From Lingula anatina (taxonomy: Eukaryota; Animalia; Brachiopoda), in contig CM120644.1 of NCBI GenBank assembly GCA_051362555.1, forward strand, positions 9,742,954 to 9,806,953: DNA of 64,000 nucleotides, given 5' to 3'. The position numbers and the translations under genes were made by a program. Of the stretch, positions 38,253-53,200 are shown piece after piece; position 1 is the stretch's first letter, and each line of letters begins with the position of its first letter. Below the pieces are notes generated by a model, which saw only the letters and a list, made by a program, of their open reading frames with translations, searched no databases and had not been told where the DNA came from.

Positions 38253-39017
38253 ATGCCACTGAAATATGATTAAAAATGTCATGTAATTTGTTGACAGACA
38301 GTGCATTGATAGCAGAATTAAGACTTGCAGCACTCATTATTTGTTCAACAAAAATATTTATTAACACTTGTAAAATTATCAAGTCTTTGATTACATACAA
38401 GTCATACATTTCAAATGGTATAACAACTGAATAATTACTTGTAATTTAAATATAAACTGTCATTTGTTTTGTTCAAAGTCAAGTTATAATTGTTTTTAAA
38501 GGTTATATTGGAAACTTTATACACTGTACAATTAAATAAATTAAAGAACAAACTTTATGAAGCATTGACATTTATTCCTTATAAAACTGAACTTTTTTTA
38601 GTTTCACAGGTAAAAAATGCCAGCAAAATGTTTTTTTCAAAATGAGCCTTTAACATGAATATCCTTACTTAAATTCTGTAGGTATGAAAAGACCTCATCA
38701 ATAATTTGACAACCAATGAATCCTGAACACTGGCAGTGAATAGTAATCAATTGTCCTACCCAACATAGCATGCTTCCACAAAACTAACAGCACACTGTCT
38801 CTGAAAATGTCATAAGATTTTATCCAACCATGGATATCTATATTTATTTATATATTTTGTAAACCTTTTTATTTTTTTTTCTGTTGTTTGGTCTTTACAA
38901 TTGTCACAAATGCTATGAACAAAAATACTGTTTCCAATCCAAGATAACCCTTCCACCATGTAACCACACTACAACACTTGAGTGCATGTATATAAGATGG
39001 CATGTTGTATATAAAAA

Positions 39018-42000
39018 TCAACTTTCCATCCCAAAATATCCGTGATAAATGTTCTCCACAGAGGTCCAGTACTGCCACATTATGGCTGCTAGCATCATGC
39101 TACAGGAAACGTACAGAGGGAAGAACTGCCCACTAGAAGTATAGTCTTTGTCTGTGCAGCTCCGTTCTAACACTTGGTGGCAGCACCGTCTGGTGATATT
39201 CTGACTAGGGTCTGTACGTGGAATGGAATGAAGTATCTGAAACAGATTCGATATACAGGAATGAGCAACAGAAAATGATAAGGAAAAAGATCCATGTATA
39301 CTAGAAACTTTTTGCCCAGTCAGAATTAAAGGTAAATTGTTTTTAATCAGAAAATGATCATCAGAAGCAAATCAGTTGTTTTAATACAAGCACCTTTCAG
39401 GAGAATATCCTAAAGTTCACTAACAAAGCTCTAGTACTAGACGTACGTAACTTACAGTGCAGTACACATTATTTTTTCACTTTTCCGTGTCTAGCAAAAC
39501 TTAAACCAAGATCTTAACTACCCCTCTGATTAAATAATGAGGATACAAAATCGGACACCAGACCCTACCTGGGCAGTAAAATGGTACATAATGGCCTTGA
39601 CCCCCTCCAAACTGGTGGCATACATCATCATTCTGACGGCCTCGCCTTTTCTTATCTTAACCACCCCTGTGAACAGGCCTGGGTTATTGTAGCATCTCTC
39701 TAGTGTTCCTATAGCCATGACCTAGAGAGATAGGGGAGAGACAGATGTAGGCTAAGGCTGTCCACTACTAAGTACATGATTCAAAGAGTAGGTTAATATT
39801 TTGTGTGTTGCTTCAGAAAATTAATATAGTACATGTATAAGATAAATCCACAACAAATTTGTCAACAGTTTTAGATTAAAAGATTAATTGCAATACACTT
39901 TGAATGAAATAAGATAAATGATAATAATAATAATAAATTAAGAACATTTTATTTAATTAAGAAAGAATTCATGGAAAACAATAAACACAACATTAAAACT
40001 CAAATTCCATCTACTGTCGCTTACTTGAGGAATTGCACAAAAGTTGAAAACACTTTGATTTTTTATCCTGGACATATACAGCAGAACATCTGGCACATGA
40101 TGAAGAGCATTGGTCACCAAATCATTCAGACATGACAACGCAGCACGTCGGTTTGCCGGGTCAGCAAAGTCAGAAAGTTTATTGGCATACTTGCTCCAAA
40201 CCTATAAACATTTTAAAGGGATAATAACTATTCGTATGAGATCTATATTTCACAATAAAAAACCTTGTGAATAACTCATAGAAATATAATATATTCTGTT
40301 TTACCACAAAAACAGCAGGTATAGCTTTTATTCTGATATCTGAACTTGTCTTTAGACCACGTGACCTCCACTGATGTCTATACTCTGCAATTGGTTACAG
40401 TATGTAAGTTTTAAACTTTTTAGAAAAAAAACCAGGGACTAACTTTGAATGTAAATATTGATTCATTAACCATTGGTAAGTATTGGAAAATTGTTGTTTA
40501 CTCCAGGAAAATTCATTTTTGGGCTGAAACGAAGAGTTATTATTGCTTTAATAATAACAAATAAACTGACAATGACAATAATAGAGGAGGTAAGGTTAAC
40601 TGCATATATTACAGAAACCTTTGATTAAAAGAAAGCAATGAGTTATCACACCTAACACACTGGTCCTCACCTCCTTAGGCCAGAACTCACTCCCTTATTA
40701 TCACACCTAACACACTGCTCCTCACCTCCTTAGGCCAGAACTCCCTTCCTTGTTCTATGTCTTCAAGATAGTCTCGTATTATGTTTGTCTTCTGAAGGAA
40801 GAGTCCCATAGAATTTGCCAGCCTGGTATCCTGTCCTACTAAGCTATCTTCTAGTCCGGATGCAGAAAAGAGTCTGGAAAGGCCTATACCCACTAGCCCT
40901 GCTACGTAGTGGCAGTACTGAAATATAAATGTGTTAGGTGTGAAATGTCTAATGTGTTATACTTTTGAGGAATAAAAATAATCTAGAAATGCCTGTACCC
41001 ACCAGGCACCAGGCCTGCTAAATAATAAAGTTGCATTATGTGTGGTGATCATATTTTGTTTACACAAGAGGCAGAAATGAGTTTTGTCAGGCTGACAACC
41101 AAGTAAAAATGTCTGTCCCAAAATGATATAACTAATTTAAAATGAAAATATAATCTATACATACATGATGAAGTACATAATGTTGTAGTGTTAGGTGTGA
41201 CTGAATTGCGATATCACAACTATCATGCTACACACCTCATCCCACTGTTTTGTAGAATCAACATGGCCTTCTAGAAATACTGTCATACCATCTCCCATCT
41301 TGCAACAGATATCTGAGATCACCTCCTGGTACAGGGGGGCAAGCTGACGGAATTCATGAGAGATCTAGAAGGTTTAAAAAAAGAGACAAATTACAAATAC
41401 TTACATGAGAGGCCTGAATGAATGTGTGTTCAAAAAAAGTTCAAGTGCAAAATTAGTTTTTAAGAAATTAAATATAACTTGCTTCACAATGTGACAAGTT
41501 GTGTGCAAATTCCCATCATTTGACCTCGTCATAATTAAGCCCCATTTTAAAACTTACATACTGTAACCAATTGCATTTTACCTGGATAACAAAAGGATTT
41601 TCTCACATTCTGAATTCAGGATGAAAAAAGTACAAGAAAAAGGGACTCACAGTTGAAAAGTCCTCTAAAACTATCTTGTCCTTCTCCTTGCTGTCCATGA
41701 AACACCAGTCTGGCTCCTGTAGCTTGGTATAGAATGACCTCAGTAACGGCACCTTGACCTCCAGGGGTATTGTCATATCATCCTCCACTGTGTCTAGAGC
41801 TCTCAACACAAGATAGAATATACACACTGCATGTCTGGAATATTATTATAATAAAAAGTAATTCTTTGCAACTGATGCTCTCCACGAGGTACGTTCCCCA
41901 AAGGAGTGTAATTTATCTTGTCATCTTAGATCTAACACAAGCATGCACTGGTATCAATATTTGGTATTTTTTGGCTCGATGATTGTTTACTGTTTGTGCC

Positions 42001-42075
42001 AATTTTAAAGTAAAACAAAACTGGTTGACAGGGAATGAGTACAACATGTACCGGTAGGTAGCTTAATGAGCAAAT

Positions 42076-42114
<39 letters not shown>

Positions 42115-42691
42115 AAGAAGGGAGTGCCTATGTGTAACACAACATGACAAAATCTTTGTTCTTTAAATAATTTTTTTCATACCTGAGCTCCCTATCCAAG
42201 GCTTGAATGACTGCAGCAAAACTTCTACTTGTTTTGTTCAAGTACTCATAGCATTTTCTTAGCTGCGGTGACTCGTTTTTCTGAAAAGTTCACGTTTTCT
42301 TACAAAATGAACAACAGCCATACCAGTTTATGCTATATACAGTATTTAGAATAAATACCAGTACAGCTAGTATTAGTCATGGCCACGACACTACTAGTAG
42401 TTTCTTACATTTTATTGTATCAGAAAAACACTTCTTTATCCATCTACCACTCTTTTTCCTTTGCTTAAGACCACCTGCAATCTGTTAGCCTTGACAAAAG
42501 AGAATAAAGATTGCTCCCCCACCCCACCACCAAAAAATAATAATAAAAATACAAATAAAATTTAAAAAAAAAACTTTTTCACACATTCTTACCAAGTCAT
42601 TTTTGGAAATAACAGCCTGACAACCTCCGAATTTGTACTTCAAGAGTGCATACACTTCTTCAGGATAGCGTATAGACTTAACAAGATCCAT
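39018..42691 (-). CDS. FDFT1: Squalene synthase (farnesyl-diphosphate farnesyltransferase 1)
   Basis: Eight exons: 42691-42593, 42280-42183, 41834-41651, 41364-41236, 40917-40726, 40201-40025, 39721-39569, 39236-39018. Motifs [77 protein letters not shown], and a C-terminal TM anchor. Confidence 0.97.
40643..40742. repeat. Tandem duplication spanning the FDFT1 exon 5 splice donor
   Basis: ttatcacacctaacacactg.tcctcacctccttaggccagaactc occurs twice, about 56 bp apart. Confidence 0.8.
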
Positions 42692-43199
42692 CAGAGCGTC
42701 CTAGGGTGACATATGAGCCGCAACTGGACAACTAATATTATCCTCTGGTTGTGTAAGGTCGAAAAAAATCGTCTGCAACTGTGCACGCAACGCAATGGGT
42801 GGGGGGTGCTTAGAAAGGAGCTTCTCGTCGCAAACGCTGCCCAATTTCACAGACAGTTCGTTAGTTCTAAGCCCCGGGGTATGCGGTGTTGAAAATTAAC
42901 TAGACCCTCACTGGTCGCGCAAAACTCGGCAGACCAGAGGTCGGTTTTTATCACTCCTGAGTGCAAAACTCCGTTCACGCACATGTGTGTGATTGTTTAC
43001 AGAAATAAGGTGATTATGTCTCCAAGGATTTGATTAGTCGTTGGCAATCGTACCAGAATTTTTCTGGCCAATGATGTTAAGCGATTGACCGGCAATCAAC
43101 TTCCGGGCACGTGCGACAGCTACTTCCGCCAAAACAAAACTGCAGATTTCACTAAAAATATTTTTACTATCGGATTGAGGCACCTTTTTCTCTGTAGTA
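42692..43199. promoter_or_regulatory. Putative bidirectional promoter for FDFT1 and HSD17B7
   Basis: 508 bp, relatively CpG-rich, between divergent ATGs. NF-Y consensus GGCCAATGA at ~43066. Imperfect SRE-like ATCAC motifs (atcactcctg ~42950; reverse-strand atcacacac ~42985 and atcacctta ~43008). Confidence 0.65.
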
Positions 43200-46100
43200 A
43201 TGTCAGGAAAAGTTGCACTTATTACTGGGGCAAGTTCGTAAGTATATGAAAATCTCATGATGTAAATTGCAATTATATTTCAGTTAAGAAATGATGAAAG
43301 CATTATTTTTTGTTGTTGTTGCTAGAGTAGAGCATTTATTATAACGCGTATTGGTACACAGCACTTGCAGTATTACTGGTAGTAAAGAGGAAATTGCTAT
43401 TTTGCATGACTGACCGAAAATATATTTATACAAGCATGATTCTGGCAGTACCAATGCAGCTGCATTCGTAGTAACTTTGCATATGGATTTTTCATTGGCG
43501 TTTGAATGCATTGCCAGGCAAAATAATAGTTTTAATACACACGTGCAGAACCCCTGTGCAATGTATACTGGTACTTATTGTATGGTATTTCACATTAGAT
43601 TTTGATTTATAAAACAATAATTTGCCAACTTTCAGTCTTTTTTCGACCAGCCCCACTCAACCCTTTCAATATTGAGCACTATTGTATCTGGTACATTAAT
43701 GGTAACAATTACCAAGCAAATTTTGTGATTTCAGCTTAAAGTAACATAAGCAAATGATTAATTTGACATGCAAGTAAAATTTATTCTTAATTATCTTGTA
43801 CATGCAATAGTAGTTTTTTAAGGCATGTCATGTAGTTAATCATATAAGTTCACACACTCCAGAGTGATAGATCAAACCAGATACGTCTGTTGACATAAGA
43901 TATCTGTACATGTACTTAAACATAAAGATTTAAGATAATATATTTACAGTGGTATAGGCCTTGCACTGGCAGAGAGAGTGCTGACTGCCCACCCAGGGAT
44001 ACATCTCTGTCTGGCCTGCAGGAACCAGAGGCGGGGCGAAGCAGCGGTGGCCACCTTGAAGTTGTCCCACCCTGGGGCCGAGATAGACCTGGTCCTGGTG
44101 GATGTCAGCCGAGTGAGCTCTGTCCAGCAGGCAGTGGTGGAGATTAAGATGAGGTGGGTTGCTAGGTTAGTCGGACAAAGTAGTACATATGCTGTGTAAC
44201 TTATACTAGTGCTAGTATGATGTACTCAAACAATGTACAGGGACTTGTATCCATTCAAACAAGAGCTTAACTTGTAACGATTCTTTTGTCTATCTTACCA
44301 TCCAATATTTCATCTGCTTGCATTCAGATTTTGTCAGGGAATGAGATTGTGACAAGTATGACAATCTGTCACCCCCTCTGGTGTGCTATTTTGTCAGATC
44401 CCCCCCCCCCTTGCCAGCCCCTCCCTTAGCTAATGAAACTGTTCTACACAAGAGCTTAACTTACATTTAATGCCACATTATTATTATTATTATATTGTTG
44501 TTGTTGTTGTAATCTAACAAGTTCTAAACTCACACTTATAACCATTTTCATTACCACAAGTGACATTATTATTATTGTTGATGTTGTTGTAAAAGAATAA
44601 TTAAATACGAAAACTAAAGGCATTTATTATTCTAACTTTTATAGTTCATAACATAACATGTACTGTAACAAGATGTCCCTGGTGTATGAACAGCAATAAA
44701 CTTATTATTGTTATATTTATTTTGTGTGCTACAATAATTTTTTTTCTTCAGATATCAAAGACTGGACTATCTCTTTCTAAATGCTGGTGTTATGGGAGAA
44801 ACGAGGGTAAACTGGACAAACTTCTGGAAAGGGCTGTTTTCTGAGTGAGTTCTGAATTTTAGCACACAGTGGCCTTTCTTTATGACATGAATGGTTTCTC
44901 TTACATTTTTAGAAACCTATTTTTAGGGCAACCCTTCTTTTACACCATAACTATTGGCTGAAGGAGTTACAGCAACACCAAAAAGAATTTTAATTCAGTC
45001 ATGTTAAAACTTAATATTTTTATCATGCATAAACTGACGTGCTTACATGGTAATGTGGAAGTGTTTTGTACATGAAACCGAAAGAGATAACACAGTTCAA
45101 TTTTGTAAAACTAAATATTTATTGCACAAATTTAGCAATAGCAAATTCAATAACAGATTCCGGCAAATTATATAAAATTGTGCTAGATGAGATAGAAAAA
45201 AATGCTGCCTGCTGATTAGGTTTTGAAAGTGAAAAAATATGTAGCTCATTTCTGTTTACGTGCCTCAAATATACATAGACATATATATACCAAATTGCTA
45301 TTAAAGCTAACGATATCTGTCCAAATTTAAAAGCATTGGGTGTGACCGCCATATCCACAAGACAGTTAATGAAGATGTCTGTGCAGAGAAAATATTTTAC
45401 TTTATTTTTTTCAGAAATGTCTTCCACATGTTCCACACTGGTATAGGGCTGCTAGAGCATAAAGATCAAGTGACTGAGGAGGGGCTTCAAATGGTCTTTG
45501 CAACTAATATATTTGGGCACTTTGTGATGGTAGGTTCTATTATTATACTTATTTTACATATTCCTGAGGCTATGATCGAGAAAAGCTACAACTGATTGCC
45601 TTACACTAGCCAAAGAAATGGAGTCTACATTTTTAAAATAATTGTTAGATTAATTTTTATGTACAGACACAGATGTGTCTGTACATATAGCCATCATCTG
45701 TGTCTGTCGTCGCCGTCGTCGCCGTGCACTTTTACCGATAACACGATAAGTGGAAAACCATTTTACCTTTTGACTTGAAACTTGCAGAACTGATGAATAT
45801 TCATAATACGCAGGTCAAGTTCGAAAATCAGCATGATCGGGTCACTTTTAGGGAATTTATGCTGTTTTTTCACTTTTTTCAGCATATATGCAGCACCGAT
45901 AACACGATAAGTGGAAAACCATTTTATCTTTTGACTTGAAACTTACAGAACTGATGAATATTCATACTACGCAGGTCAAGTTCGAAAATCAGCATGATCG
46001 GGTCACTTTTAGGGTATTTATGCTGTTTTTTCACTTTTTTCAGCATATATGCAGCACCGATAACACGATAAGTGGAAAACCATTTTACCTTTTGACTTGA

Positions 46101-49100
46101 AACTTACAGAACTGATGAATATTCATAATATGCAGGTCAAGTTCGAAAATCAGCATGCTTGGGCCATTTTTAGGGAATTTATGCTTTTTTTTCACTATTT
46201 TCAATATAAATACAACACTGATAACACAATATAAGAAAAACGGATTAGCCAATTGTAATTATACTCACAGGAGTGGTCAATCTTACTAAAACGCAGGTTG
46301 AGTTCGAAAATCTGCATAATCGGGCCATTATTTTAGAAGTTATACTGTTTTTCACATTTCCTCAGATTCAATTATTAGGCATGTTAACAGTCTCATTATT
46401 TAACTAATAAGATACCTAAAAGTGTTTGTTTGATATTTCCTGCATCTTTACAACATTGTTAGTTGATTATGTAAAAAACATGGTAAACTTGTTATCATGT
46501 ATTGTGTAATAAATTGTCAAAAATGGAAATAAACTCATATCATTGCAGTTTGTCAGATTCAATCATCCACTATGTTCAGAATCTCAGAATGGAGGAAATT
46601 GGACATTTAACACTGTTCTATTGATACTTTTCCCATCTCATCAATTTTCTTAGTTGGTCATATAAAATGGCAGTAAAATGTTTATTTTGTTTTATGTTAA
46701 AAAAGTGTTAAAAATGGAAATAAACCCATTTCAGAACAGTGCTGTCTTGTTTACATTTTGGCATTTTCAAGGCGTGACTTTGAAGTTCCATGGGCCTGAA
46801 GACCTTGCTAGTCACATTTTCTGAATATCTGTGAAACAAATATTTTATAATTAAAAATTGATGGTCATTAAGCTGTTAAACATTATGTAATATTGCATCA
46901 AAATTTGAAGAAACCCCTATTTTGGGCACTGCTTCCATGATGACCATTTAAGGAAAATCATGTCACTTACTGTTCTCAAACTTACAGGAAAGAAACATGG
47001 GTCTAACATACAGCTTCAATAGGCAACGCAGTCTGTTTGGTAAATTTTTCTGGCAATTTAACAGTTTTTTTGTGAAAATTTAATTTTTCACTTATTTGCA
47101 TCTTTATTTTCTGTTCTTTGTCTGTACATTTGACAGCTTTGCTGCCTTGTTTTTACTACATGATGAATATTTAGTTTGTTAGTTTGAGATTAAGAAACAT
47201 TATTTCAAACATCTGTCTCGTATTGATTGTAACCTATAGCTAGCAGCAATGGTGTCTACAATAAATGCTTAGGGGCATTTTAATGGTAAATGGAACAAAT
47301 TGAGATTAGGATTTTTTAAGGGGAAAATGAATTAAAGCATCTCAGTCACTTAAGCATATAAACAAAAATCACTGTCACACTGGAGTCCACACATCATCAT
47401 CATCAAAGTCATCTTAAATTCACATGAATCGAGCCAAAACGAGGAACGCAGATGCCATTAAGCTTGATTGCAGGTTGGGAGCAGCACTGATGTATTGTAC
47501 GTGATCTGCAAGGTCGTAGATCCCTTTCTCGCATGCTGACACACTTCTCAATACCTCAGGCGGCTTGAACACTGGGTCAAACGAAGGGATGATCTTTCTC
47601 AACTTGCCCTGAAATATTGCAATTTTTGTATTGGTTTATTTGATGCATTACTTAGGAGTGAAACAGGTGCTAGGTTTTTCTATAATACATATTTTGGGTA
47701 TCATTTACACCTTATTACAAAATGGTCCAATATGCTCCCACTTCTCAAAAAAACTGTATGTGTGAAAGTGAGCCCCTGTTAATATTCATCAGGACTAAGT
47801 TGAAAATGTAGAGTGAAATTCTTGGGACAGTGTGTTAGGTGTGGCACTGTGTTAGGTGTGAAAGTGACAGTGTGTTTGATGTGCCACTGTGTTAGATGTG
47901 ACACTGTTACTTGACATAGTGTGTTAGTGTGACAATGTGTTAGGTGTGAAGTTGAAGTTGTAAAGTGTGTTGAGTTGTGATAGTGTGTTAAGTGTGAAAA
48001 TTTGCTAGATGTAACAGCTTGTTAGGTGTGAAGTTGGTAAGTATGGAACTGTGTTAGATGTGACAGTGTGTTAGGTGTGACATGGTATTTAAATCCCCAC
48101 CTGCATACAAGGATCATTCATGACTGGTTCAACAATTTCATGGCACTTCCTTGAGCAGTGTCTTCCATCTTGTATATCACAGACCTTCTGAAACTCTCCA
48201 TTTGTCTTCACATTGTCAAGCACTCTGTAGTACTTTCCCAAGTCACAGTTTCCAAATGCTTGAAGGTAAAATTTTTAAGTTGTTGACTACAGCTGACAAT
48301 TGCAATGCAACTTTGATATTTTAAAAAAATTGAAATACAATGACATGAAGATCTCAACAAAAAAGATAAAATCCAGATGTAAATCAAGATGAATTTGCTC
48401 AGTTGAAAGTTTAAAAGAAATAAATGGCCAGGAGTAAGGTCAAGGAGCAATTCCCTCCTTCTTACAGTTGTAAGATTTTACATGAGAAATCTTTTTGATG
48501 CATTAAAGAAGCTTTTATTAGTAGAAACATGGAGATAAAAGTAAAGAATAATGGAAATAAAAAACAGTTACCTTGACCCCCACAACTGTCATAATTGTCA
48601 AACTGGACACAGTCTGGATTGTTGGACTGCAGTGGATGGTAGCTGATGAGAGCAAAACACATTTCATCCTGAAATATAGAGCAAGCACTGACAGATTAAG
48701 AGACCATTGACATACAATGTAGGTTAAACCAGGTACCATCATAGTTAATTTTATAATTGTAACACTCAGTTTTCTATTTTTTTAAGCATATGAACAATAT
48801 CTATTGTGCCAGATAAGGAAATGCTTGAATTTGTACTTATTTCATGCTAAAATCCGACAAATAACACCTTTAAAAGGTAGTTATATAATAAAAAACCAAT
48901 CAGGGATGTCTTTCTCTCCCCTGCCAACACTGGAAGCAATGTGACTGATTTGGCCTGATTTTCCTACCTGTGTTCCTAGCCCAAAATAGGTTGTGTTGGC
49001 ATGTCGCTGCTTTTTACCACGCTTTGAGGTAAATGTACAATATGTGCGGAACTCATCACCTGCAGAAAAAACAATTTGGTTTTTTATTATCTCTCTTTAT

Positions 49101-49768
49101 AACTGTATAACTTTATTCACTGCTTTGAGGTAAATGTACGATATGTGCGGAACTCATCACCTGCAGAAAAAAACAATTTGGCTTTTTATTATATCTCTTT
49201 ATAACTATATAACTTTCTTCACTGTTTATTTAGAACAACAAAGAAAAACATTTTCTGGGGAAAATATTCTTATATAACATCAATTACCTTAATCATTTGG
49301 ACGGTTAAAGTAAATCTTGGTCTCAAAATACCAAAGTAATACAACATGTTCTTGATTTAAAAAAAAACTACCTTTTTTAAAGACAATGGGAGGGTCAAAG
49401 GTGTGCAAATTCGGTGTCTCGTAGGTATAGTATGGATCGTCTGCTACAACTCTCAGTAGTTTGCCATCTCTCCATTGCTCTAGTTTCCCTGCTATACCTG
49501 GGGAAATATAGCAAAATAACACACCTTAATATTTTTATATTTGAAAATATTTTAATATTTATTATAATTATAACACACTAAATATTTTTCTTGGAAATTA
49601 AAAATTTAATGACTGCCTACTGTATCATTTAAAAAATATTTTTCTCTCATTTTTACATGCTTAGGTACCAGCATTATAATATGAAACTGTTAGTCTTCTC
49701 ACCAATACTTTTTATTTGTTAAGGAAAATTTTAAAAAATTAAAATATGCTTCCAAAATGGCTTGGGAT

Positions 49769-49817
<49 letters not shown>

Positions 49818-50188
49818 TTTTGTTTTGTTTATTGTCTGTACATTTGTAAGCTTTGCTGTCTGTTTACTGTAGTAATACTAATTCCAATAAATGGTTGTGT
49901 TGTTGTATACACAGTACCTTGATAATGCATGTGCATAAGAACTGCTGTCACATTAATGTCCTGATTAAACTTCTCCTCGGTACACTTGGACTGGCACACC
50001 CCGGACATGGTCAAACTGTCCACTCCTGGGGGGATCTCCAGTGCATACTGACCAAATGCCGCTGTTCCCTCAGAGAACGGGCGTAGCTGGTCAGTGTAGA
50101 ACATGCGCATTCCGGAGTTGTCTGGAATTTCAGTTCAATTTTTAACCTTTATTGTTGATGAATTTTTAAGGATGATACACACATGTAG

Positions 50189-50235
<47 letters not shown>

Positions 50236-53200
50236 AAATACATTTGTAAAAAAAAGTCTCACATAAGCGTCTACAGGCCCAAACATACTCACCATGCATT
50301 ATTCTATTATAAAAATTAAAGAATGAAATTTAATTTTAAAAAATAAAATTTATTTAAAAAAATTAAAAATTCAGCATTTACTTCCATACAGACCAGTCAG
50401 ACATTGTCATATGAAAATTTATTGTTGACATTGAAAATGTTTTCTTAAGCGAAGTTCTCTTTACACACCCTTGTCATCTAACGCTGTGTCATCACATTAT
50501 AATGGTGTGACAGGGATGGTAGCCCACTAGGAACCATAGTTTGCGCCCCATTAATGTGTACAGGTGACTGACATTCATCCCATATACTAAACCCCATACT
50601 CTTACATACGTGTACCCTAACCTGTACTAATCATATGGGACCCAGGTCTTGAATTCCTGTACTAGGACTACCATCGGCATTTTTGTCACACCGACATAAC
50701 ATTGAAAAATTCTCAGGAATGTACAGCCTACCTGTGTAGTCTGATCTCAGCTCTGGGTTGTTCCAGTGTATTTCTACAGCCAGATATTCATACGAGCCAT
50801 TCCCAAATGGAATCCCTGTATTCTTTGAAAGGCAGTAGCCCTCCATCCCAGTGGACCAAACTGTTAGTAATTGCTGGCACTCACGAACCATGTTACATTG
50901 ATGGGGGCCCTGTTTATTTGAAAACGATTCAGTTATTGATAATATATCTACTTTAGATCTACAGTAATCGGATAAAAACAAAGTGAAACAGAAACCCGCA
51001 TAGCAGCCGTAAACCCTATGGCTGCAAAATTGGCCTGATTATGACGAATTGACAAAATGTATTTTTATACACCAACAAAACATAATAGAGATGAAACACA
51101 GGCGAAAAATACGCCGTGACGATTAACATTTTATTCAACTGGGGATCTTTGGTGGATCAAAGATTTAACTACTTTTAACACATTTATTTAAATATGCCAC
51201 AAAGTAAAATGTCTGGGTTAATTACCATTCTCTGCGGCTTTTTCGAGCACCCATAAACAGTCATGTGGTGAAGAACCATGATGTTGCCAATAATGGGTTC
51301 AAACGCGACAGCGTGGTACCTTTTATCAGTTGGAACCTGCAAGGAAACGATGAATGCCGGTGTATGATCAAAATATGGACATATGCCTAGATTTATAATA
51401 TGCCTATTTATATATATATTGTTATGTACGAACCCTGCTACATCTGCACATGTACTTGTTGGTAATTTTCACTACATATACTTGCCTTGCATTCTATGGC
51501 AAGTTCTCCTTAATTTTTTCCTCTCTTCCCCCAAATTGAAACTGTTATTATAATTATTGTTTGAAAAACGCCAGCTGTATGATTACCTTGAAAACATTAC
51601 ATATGTAAGTCGTTTCCACTGCTGGTACTGAGGTTTCTGGAAACCTGAGGTCAAAGGTCTTCACGTGTGACTCCTTGGTAGCGGTGCAGTTGTATTCTCC
51701 CTGGCATTCGTAAGTGAAATTCTGAACACGACGACAATGTGCTGAGTCCACCGGTTCACAAATACCTGAGGAAGCAAGTTGACTTTAATTACCTCTGAGA
51801 AGGAGATTTGGTTTTTTCTTTGTTTTGTCCGTTACCAGTTTAACGCAAAAAATAATAAAAGATGTTGTTGAAATTTAAGGATACGCCACAAATTGATCAA
51901 GGAAGAATTGACAAGATTTTGGCGACCCTTTAATTTATTAACTAATTATTTACTAAAAGGAACTAATTATTTACAAAAAGAAATGAACAAATTTTGACTA
52001 AATCTTTAGGCTAGGTCACAAATGGGCCAAGGAAGAAATTATTACATTTCGGTGATGACTCATTAATAAATTAATGGTAAATTATAAGTAAATTAACCGT
52101 ATATTAATTAACGGTGTATTATTAGTTGTATTATTTGTCTTGACTGATGTCTGTGAGTGCTCTTGTTCCGTATTGAAAAAACACATTTTCAGTATGTATT
52201 TTATCGTTCAATTCAGCGGTTTTTAGTTTCAAATATACATTGTAATTTTAATTATTACCAGGGTGCGTAATATTTTCGGTCCTTAGAACGGCCGAGGCCG
52301 AGTTTTCTTGCCAGGCACAGTTAGGGTCTCCAAGTTCTTCACCGTTCGTCTTCCCGTCCTGATCAGAGTCCTTCCTGCACAGCTCAGGGGTCCACTGGTA
52401 ATTAGCGGCCTTAAAGTCCTGAAGAGGAACAATATTTCTAGTAATAACCGTATTATAAAGAAATATTTTCACGGACTCATTTCGGTCTTATTGTAACGAT
52501 TTGACAAAATGCATTTTAAATACACCAACCAACAATACATATAATAGAGATGAAACACCTGCGAAGTCAGTGTCTTAGTTATTAACACTATTGCAATATC
52601 TTTGAGACGACAATTGGACATTATGGAGAAGACAATGGAAATTCTACTGGATCAATAAGTTAATAGGTAATTAAAAAAATATTGATCAACTGAATGGGGG
52701 AGGGAGGGTGGTAAGACTGATAATCAAGAAACGCTGAAGGTTTATGTATGTCAAAGGTGATTTGAACGGCGGTCCATACAAAAAGATTTCTTCTCATTTT
52801 GGTCTAAGATAAGATAAGATAAAACTTGGTAAATAACGCACTGTCGGTAATTGTGTCGGATTATTTATTAGAATTGTTCAGGTACCTTGTTCATTGTTCA
52901 GATTTGTACCATTAGGTCACCATTTAAAATAGAAAAAAATTAGAGAATAAATAAGTTAATTGATAAACAAGAAACTTAATTAGTCCCGCCGTAAAAAATC
53001 AACAGATGAAGACAATCCGTGAAAATTAATAAGTGAAAAAAATGTTTAGGAAATTGGATTGAGAACAACGAAATGCATCAATTAAAACAAAGACATTGAT
53101 GACATATGTTGAAGAGAGAACGCTGTATAAAATCTAGGGTCCAAGAGATATCTTGCATCCTAAATGAAATAAGTCAACTTACCAGTCCAAACTGGTTATT

